NCBI RefSeq assembly: GCF_000017305.1
Contig: NC_009664.2
Location: 3,690,001-3,722,000 of the forward strand
Length of the DNA: 32,000 nt
From: Kineococcus radiotolerans SRS30216 = ATCC BAA-149
Lineage (GTDB): Bacteria > Actinomycetota > Actinomycetes > Actinomycetales > Kineococcaceae
Direction of reading: 5' to 3'
The position numbers were made by a program, and so were the translations under genes. The first letter of the stretch is position 1; each line of letters starts with the position of its first letter. Below are positions 27,571 through 32,000 of the stretch, in pieces. Below the pieces are notes generated by a model. It saw only the letters and a list, made by a program, of their open reading frames with translations, searched no databases and had not been told where the DNA came from.

Positions 27571-28731
27571 GTGGAGCACCACGGCCGCCGGGACCCGGCG
27601 GCCGCGGTGCTGAGCGGGGGGGCGCAGGACGTGGTGGCTGGATCGGGACGCACCTACCGGACGGTGTACCGGCACCTGCTGACCCGCGTCGACCCCGAGG
27701 TCGCGCACCGCTGGGCCTTCGCCGGGATGCGCGCGGCCAGCCGCGTCCCCGTCGCCCCGCACGTCCTGCGCCGCGCCTTCGTCGAACCCGACCCCAGGCT
27801 GCGCACCCGCGTCCTCGGCATCGACTTCCCGACCCCGCTGGGGCTCGCCGCGGGCTTCGACAAGAACGCCACCGGGATCTCCGCCCTGGGCAACTTCGGC
27901 TTCTCCTGCGTCGAGATCGGCACCGTCACCGCCCGGCCCCAGCCGGGCAACCCCAAGCCCCGGCTGCACCGCCTCGTCGCCGACCGCGCCGTGGTCAACC
28001 GCATGGGGTTCAACAACGCTGGCGCCGAGGTCGTCGCCCGGCGGCTGCGGCAGCTGCGGGCCGTGCCGCCGGTCCACCCCGTCGTCATCGGGGTCAACAT
28101 CGGCAAGAGCAAGGTCGTCGCCGAGGCCGACGCGGCGCAGGACTACGCGACCTCGGCGCGGCTGCTGGCCCCCTACGCCGACTACCTCGTCGTCAACGTC
28201 TCCTCCCCGAACACCCCCGGCCTGCGCGACCTGCAGGCCGTGGAGAAGCTGCGCCCGGTGCTGCGCGCCGTCCGCGAGGCCGCCGACGGCGCCGCCCACC
28301 GCCACGTCCCGCTGCTGGTGAAGATCGCCCCCGACCTCTCCGACGAGGACGTCGACGCCGTCGCCGACCTCGCCGTGGAGGAGGAGCTCGACGGCATCGT
28401 CGCCACCAACACCACGATCTCCCGCGAGGGCCTGCGCTCACCCGCGGCGCTCGTCGCCGCCGCCGGCGGGGGCGGGCTGTCGGGGGCGCCGCTGAAGGAG
28501 CGCTCGCTGGAGGTCCTGCACCGGCTCGCCGCCCGCACCCGCGGCTCCCTCGTCCTCGTCAGCGTCGGCGGGATCGAGACCGCCCAGGACATCGCCGAAC
28601 GCCTCGACGCCGGCGCCTCCCTGGTCCAGGCGTACACCGCGTTCATCTACGAGGGCCCCGGCTGGGCCCGCCGGGTGCTCGGCGAGCTCGCCGCTAGCCG
28701 CAGCCGGCGCGAGACCGACCGCCCGTCCTGA
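27571..28731 (+). CDS. pyrD: dihydroorotate dehydrogenase (quinone), class 2
   Basis: 386-aa ORF. GLAAGFDKN, VEIGTVTARPQPGNPKPRL, NRMGFNN, NVSSPNTPGLRDLQ, VATNTT, GGLSGAPL. By comparison with the E. coli and Mtb N-termini, the true start may be GTG 27631 rather than GTG 27571. Confidence 0.93.
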   Translation: MEHHGRRDPAAAVLSGGAQDVVAGSGRTYRTVYRHLLTRVDPEVAHRWAFAGMRAASRVPVAPHVLRRAFVEPDPRLRTRVLGIDFPTPLGLAAGFDKNATGISALGNFGFSCVEIGTVTARPQPGNPKPRLHRLVADRAVVNRMGFNNAGAEVVARRLRQLRAVPPVHPVVIGVNIGKSKVVAEADAAQDYATSARLLAPYADYLVVNVSSPNTPGLRDLQAVEKLRPVLRAVREAADGAAHRHVPLLVKIAPDLSDEDVDAVADLAVEEELDGIVATNTTISREGLRSPAALVAAAGGGGLSGAPLKERSLEVLHRLAARTRGSLVLVSVGGIETAQDIAERLDAGASLVQAYTAFIYEGPGWARRVLGELAASRSRRETDRPS

Positions 28732-28926
28732 GTCGCGCCCGCCCCGTTCCGGGGTGAAGGTCGTCAACGGTCCGCACCGCCCCGGACCCACGACGACCGA
28801 GGAGATCCGTGACCGACGTGGCCCAGCGCTCACCCGGTTCGTCCGGCCCCCAGGACCCGGGGACACCGGGGCGCCCCCGACCCGAACCGCTGGAGGGCCC
28901 TCTCGGTCTGCCTCGCGGTCGGCTTC

Positions 28927-30342
28927 ATGACCCTGCTCGACGTGTCCATCGTCAACGTCGCCCTGCCCTCCATGGAGAGCTCGCTGGGGGCGGGGTCCAG
29001 CGAGGTCCAGTGGATCGTCGCCGGCTACGCCCTCGCCTTCGGCCTCGTCCTCGTCCCCGCCGGACGGGTCGGGGACCTGTACTCCCGGCGGCTGCTCTTC
29101 GTCGTCGGGCTCGCGGGCTTCGTCCTGACCAGCGCGGCGGCCGGTCTCGTGCAGTCCGCGACCGCGCTCGCCGTCGTCCGCCTCGCCCAGGGGGTCACCG
29201 CGGGACTGGTCAACCCCCAGGTCCTCGCCCTCATCCAGCAGCTGTTCACCGGGGCCGAGCGCGCGAAGGCGTTCGGCCTCTTCGGCACCACCATCGGGCT
29301 CTCCACGGCCATCGGCCCGCTGCTCGGCGGCGGGATCCTCGCCGTCTTCGGCGAGGCCCAGGGCTGGCGCGGGGTGTTCCTGGTCAACGTCCCCATCGGG
29401 CTCGTGCTGCTGCCCCTGGCCTGGCGGTGGCTGCCGAAGCAGGGCCGCGCCCGGACGGCGGGCCGGCTCCACCTCGACGTCGTGGGGCTGCTGCTGCTCG
29501 CCGCGGCGACGGTGTTCGCGATGCTGCCCTTCGTGCTCACCACCGGTGAGGACGACCCGCCCGCGCGCTGGTGGTTCCTGGCCCCCGGCCTGGCCCTGCT
29601 CGCGGCCTTCGCGGGCTGGGAGCGGCGCGAGGAGCGACGGGGCAACCAGCCCGTCGTGGCGGGTGAGCTCGTGCGCACCGGGTCCTTCAGCGTCGGCGCC
29701 CTGGTCGGGATCGCCTACTTCGCCGGGTTCACCGGCATCTTCCTCGTGGTGACCCTCTACCTGCAGACCGGGCTGGGGCTCTCGCCCCTGCAGGCGGGCC
29801 TCGTGCAGACCCCGTTCGCGATCATGTCCGCCGTCTTCGCCCAGGTGGGGGGCCGGGAGGTCTCCCGCCGCGGCCGGCCCGTCGTGGTCGTGGGGCTGGT
29901 CGTCGTCGCCGTGGGCCTCGGAGCCGCCGACGTCGTCTCCGCCGCCGTCCAGGGCACCGCCGGGGCCATCGCCCTCTCGGCCTGCCTCGCGGTGGCCGGG
30001 GCGGGCAGCGGCCTGGTCATCTCCCCGAACCAGACCCTCGCCCTGGCCGACGTGCCGCGCGCGGTGGCCGGGGTCGCCGGCGGCGTGCTGCAGACCGGGC
30101 AGCGCGTCGGGTCGGCGATGGGGGTGGCGGCGACGACCGCGATCTTCTTCTCCACCCTCGCCGCGCAGGGGTCCAGCGAGTCCGTCTTCGGCGAGGCGCT
30201 CTCCGACGGCCTGCGCGTCTCGCTGGGGCTGGTGCTGCTCGCCCTCGTCCTGGCCGTCGTCGACCTGCGCCGACGCGCCGGCCACCGCCCTGCCCGCGAC
30301 GGCGCCCCCGACGGTGGGGCGGCGGGGCACCGCGTCGACTAG
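28927..30342 (+). CDS. MFS transporter, DHA2 (EmrB/QacA-like) family; 5' end ambiguous, apparent frame break
   Basis: 471-aa ORF. The motif region FMTLLDVSIVNVALPS is normally the middle of TM1, and the same frame continues upstream as ..PDPNRWRALSVCLAVGF with no ATG/GTG/TTG/CTG back to the stop at 28810. A GTG at 28809 with GAGGAG 4 nt upstream lies in the adjacent frame. Confidence 0.82.
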   Translation: MTLLDVSIVNVALPSMESSLGAGSSEVQWIVAGYALAFGLVLVPAGRVGDLYSRRLLFVVGLAGFVLTSAAAGLVQSATALAVVRLAQGVTAGLVNPQVLALIQQLFTGAERAKAFGLFGTTIGLSTAIGPLLGGGILAVFGEAQGWRGVFLVNVPIGLVLLPLAWRWLPKQGRARTAGRLHLDVVGLLLLAAATVFAMLPFVLTTGEDDPPARWWFLAPGLALLAAFAGWERREERRGNQPVVAGELVRTGSFSVGALVGIAYFAGFTGIFLVVTLYLQTGLGLSPLQAGLVQTPFAIMSAVFAQVGGREVSRRGRPVVVVGLVVVAVGLGAADVVSAAVQGTAGAIALSACLAVAGAGSGLVISPNQTLALADVPRAVAGVAGGVLQTGQRVGSAMGVAATTAIFFSTLAAQGSSESVFGEALSDGLRVSLGLVLLALVLAVVDLRRRAGHRPARDGAPDGGAAGHRVD

Positions 30343-30351
30343 GTTCGCCGG

Positions 30352-30561
30352 GTGAGACCGACGCAGTGGACCTGGAAGTACGAGGACGCCGACGGGCGCG
30401 CCCTCGCCGGCGACAACGCCGTGTTCCCCACGCAGTCCGACGCCGAGACGTGGATCGGCGAGGCCTGGCGGGGGCTGCGCGAGCGCGGCGTGGAGAACGC
30501 CCACCTGTGGGCCGACGGCGCCCGGGTCTACGGCCCGCTGTCGCTGCGCCCCGCGGACTGA
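30352..30561 (+). CDS. small conserved hypothetical protein (69 aa)
   Basis: GTG 30352 lies 9 nt after the MFS stop. Third codon positions are almost all G/C. WTWKYEDADG..FPTQSDAETWIGEAWRGLRERGV..VYGPLSLRP resembles small actinobacterial proteins I recall, but I cannot name a family. Confidence 0.55.
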   Translation: MRPTQWTWKYEDADGRALAGDNAVFPTQSDAETWIGEAWRGLRERGVENAHLWADGARVYGPLSLRPAD

Positions 30562-30573
30562 GGCGCACCGTCA

Positions 30574-30606
30574 CCCCCTCGACGTCGGTCGCCGACGTCG
30601 AGGGGG
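30574..30606. terminator. perfect 15-bp stem hairpin between convergent genes (candidate bidirectional terminator)
   Basis: CCCCCTCGACGTCGG (30574-30588), loop TCG, CCGACGTCGAGGGGG (30592-30606). It starts 13 nt after the stop at 30561. Confidence 0.6.
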
Positions 30607-30779
30607 CGGCGCCGCGGGCCTAGCTCGGGCGCTCGGTCGGCGCGCTGGCCGCGGTGCGGGCCGGGTCGCGCTCCACGACGTCCCCGAGGGCGGCGCCGCG
30701 GGCCTAGCTCGGGCGCTCGGTCGGCGCGCTGGCCGCGGTGCGGGCCGGGTCGCGCTCCACGACGTCCCCGAGGGCGGCG
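30607..30779. repeat. perfect 84-bp tandem duplication (plus 5 nt of a third copy) spanning the aldo/keto reductase stop codon
   Basis: 30607-30690 is identical base for base to 30691-30774 (compared by hand), and CGGCG recurs at 30775-30779. GGGCGGCG microhomology is present at all three junctions. Confidence 0.97.
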
Positions 30780-31714
30780 TCGACCCGCTGCATCAGCTCC
30801 GCGGGGATCCTCACCCCGGACGCCTTGACGTTCTCGTGCACCTGCTCGGGCCGCGAGGCGCCGATGATGGCGGCGGCCACGTTGTCGTTCTGCAGGACCC
30901 AGGCCACCGCGAGCTGCGCCATCGACAGCTGCAGCTCGCTCGCGACCGACTTCAGCTGCTGGACCCGCGACAGGACGTCGTCGCGCATCCAGCGGCTGAT
31001 CATCTGCTTGCCGCCCTTCTCGTCCGTGGCGCGGCTGCCCTCCGGCGGCGCGCCGCCGGGGGTGTACTTGCCGGTCAGCACGCCCTGGGCGATGGGGGAG
31101 AAGACGACCTGCGAGATGCCGAGCTCGCGCGAGGCCGGGACGACCTCCGGCTCGATGACCCGGTAGAGGGCGGAGTACTGCGGTTGGTTCGAGATGAGCT
31201 GGAAGCCCAGGTCCTTCGCCAGCGCGTGGCCCTGGCGGAGCTGGTCGGCGGTCCACTCGCTGACGCCGATGTAGAGGGCCTTGCCCGCGCGGACCACGTC
31301 GGCGAAGGCCTGCATGGTCTCCTCGACCGGCGTCGAGACGTCCCAGCGGTGGGCCTGGTAGACGTCGACGTGGTCGGTGCCCAGCCGCTTCAGCGAACCG
31401 TCGATGGACTCCAGGACGTGCTTGCGGGACAGCCCCGAGTCGTTGTGGCCCTTGGGACCGGTCGGGAAGTAGACCTTGGTGAGGATCTCCAGGCTCTCCC
31501 GGCGCTGCCCCTTGAGCGCCGTGCCCAGGACCGTCTCCGCCGCGGTGTTCGCGTAGACGTCGGCGGTGTCGAACGTCGTGATGCCGACGTCGAGCGCGGC
31601 GTGCACGCACGCGACCGCGGCGTCGTTCTCCACCTGGGAGCCGTGGGTGAGCCAGTTGCCGTAGGTGATCTCAGAGATCTTCAGACCGCTGCGGCCGAGG
31701 TGTCGGAACTCCAT
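30704..31714 (-). CDS. aldo/keto reductase (Kv-beta/YghZ-like subgroup)
   Basis: 336-aa ORF. MEFRHLGRSGLKISEITYGNW, FDTADVYA, LGTDHVDVYQAHRWD, YIGVSEW, PQYSALYR. Confidence 0.93.
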   Translation of the reverse strand: MEFRHLGRSGLKISEITYGNWLTHGSQVENDAAVACVHAALDVGITTFDTADVYANTAAETVLGTALKGQRRESLEILTKVYFPTGPKGHNDSGLSRKHVLESIDGSLKRLGTDHVDVYQAHRWDVSTPVEETMQAFADVVRAGKALYIGVSEWTADQLRQGHALAKDLGFQLISNQPQYSALYRVIEPEVVPASRELGISQVVFSPIAQGVLTGKYTPGGAPPEGSRATDEKGGKQMISRWMRDDVLSRVQQLKSVASELQLSMAQLAVAWVLQNDNVAAAIIGASRPEQVHENVKASGVRIPAELMQRVDAALGDVVERDPARTAASAPTERPS

Positions 31715-31739
31715 GGCCGGAAACCTAGCCCGTCGCCGA

Positions 31740-32000
31740 TCAGACGGCGAGCGCCTCCGGGGCGAGCCGGTCCACGCGCGTGGTGCGGGCCGCCAGCAGG
31801 ACGCGGGTCGCGCCGGCCGCGGTCAGCGCCGCGCCGAGCAGGTGCAGGACCACGGCGAGCCCCGGGAGGCCGTCGAGGCTCTGGTAGACCCCCAGCGCGG
31901 CCTGCGCGACGAAGAGCGCGAGCAGGATCGTCGCGCGCCGCTGGACCAGGCCGTCGCCGGCGCGGCGGGCCACGACGACGACGACCGCCGCGAGGACCAG
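31740..32000 (-). CDS. integral membrane protein, C-terminal part only; possibly heme A synthase (COX15/CtaA)
   Basis: The track starts this ORF at 31973, but the frame stays open to base 32000 (..LVLAAVVVVV ARRAGDG..). LFVAQAALGVYQSLDGLPGLAVVLHLLGAALTAAG resembles the last CtaA helix pair (..LP..LV.LH.LGA..). The assignment rests on a short fragment. Confidence 0.45.
   Translation of the reverse strand: MVLAAVVVVVARRAGDGLVQRRATILLALFVAQAALGVYQSLDGLPGLAVVLHLLGAALTAAGATRVLLAARTTRVDRLAPEALAV

Overview
Very high-GC, densely coding chromosomal segment that looks actinobacterial (GC not computed; roughly three quarters G+C by eye). All family calls come from reading motifs in the translations, since no database search was possible. 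I found no rRNA, tRNA, CRISPR array, transposase, integrase or phage gene. The backbone is the conserved actinobacterial nitrogen, lipoate and 2-oxoacid-dehydrogenase neighbourhood. As I recall, its order matches the Mycobacterium tuberculosis Rv2220 to Rv2207 region: glnA (with a four-half-site GlnR box upstream), RDD protein, DUF4191 protein, lipA, lipB, TIGR01777 SDR, E2 sucB/dlaT, E3 lpdA, pepA and a cobT-like gene. Accessory genes are wedged into this backbone in three places. A serine hydrolase, an LLM oxidoreductase and a GT2 lie between lipA and lipB. An S51 peptidase, an FAD oxidoreductase and a membrane protein kinase lie between lipB and the SDR. A small monocistronic gene lies between lpdA and pepA. 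The right half carries a GAF/SARP-type regulator followed by aldehyde dehydrogenase, DUF779, a Gfo/Idh/MocA oxidoreductase and an MHS transporter. After these come pyrD, a DHA2 MFS transporter, a 69-aa ORF, an aldo/keto reductase and a partial CtaA-like membrane protein. A Zn-ribbon/discoidin-like gene at the left edge is absent from the ORF track. I do not see a recognisable multi-gene novel system such as defence, secretion or a biosynthetic cluster. The most unusual element is a 129-aa predicted secreted protein made almost entirely of RKESVTA heptads, encoded by seven perfect 21-bp tandem repeats. Other points worth a second look:
- an apparent 1-nt frame break at the 5' end of the DHA2 transporter
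- a perfect 84-bp tandem duplication spanning the aldo/keto reductase stop codon, next to a 15-bp perfect hairpin
- a CobT homolog whose catalytic motifs look degenerate
- a sensor fusion joining an AcoR-type GAF domain to a SARP-type output domain
Many very long ORFs in the track are out-of-frame or antisense shadows typical of high-GC DNA.
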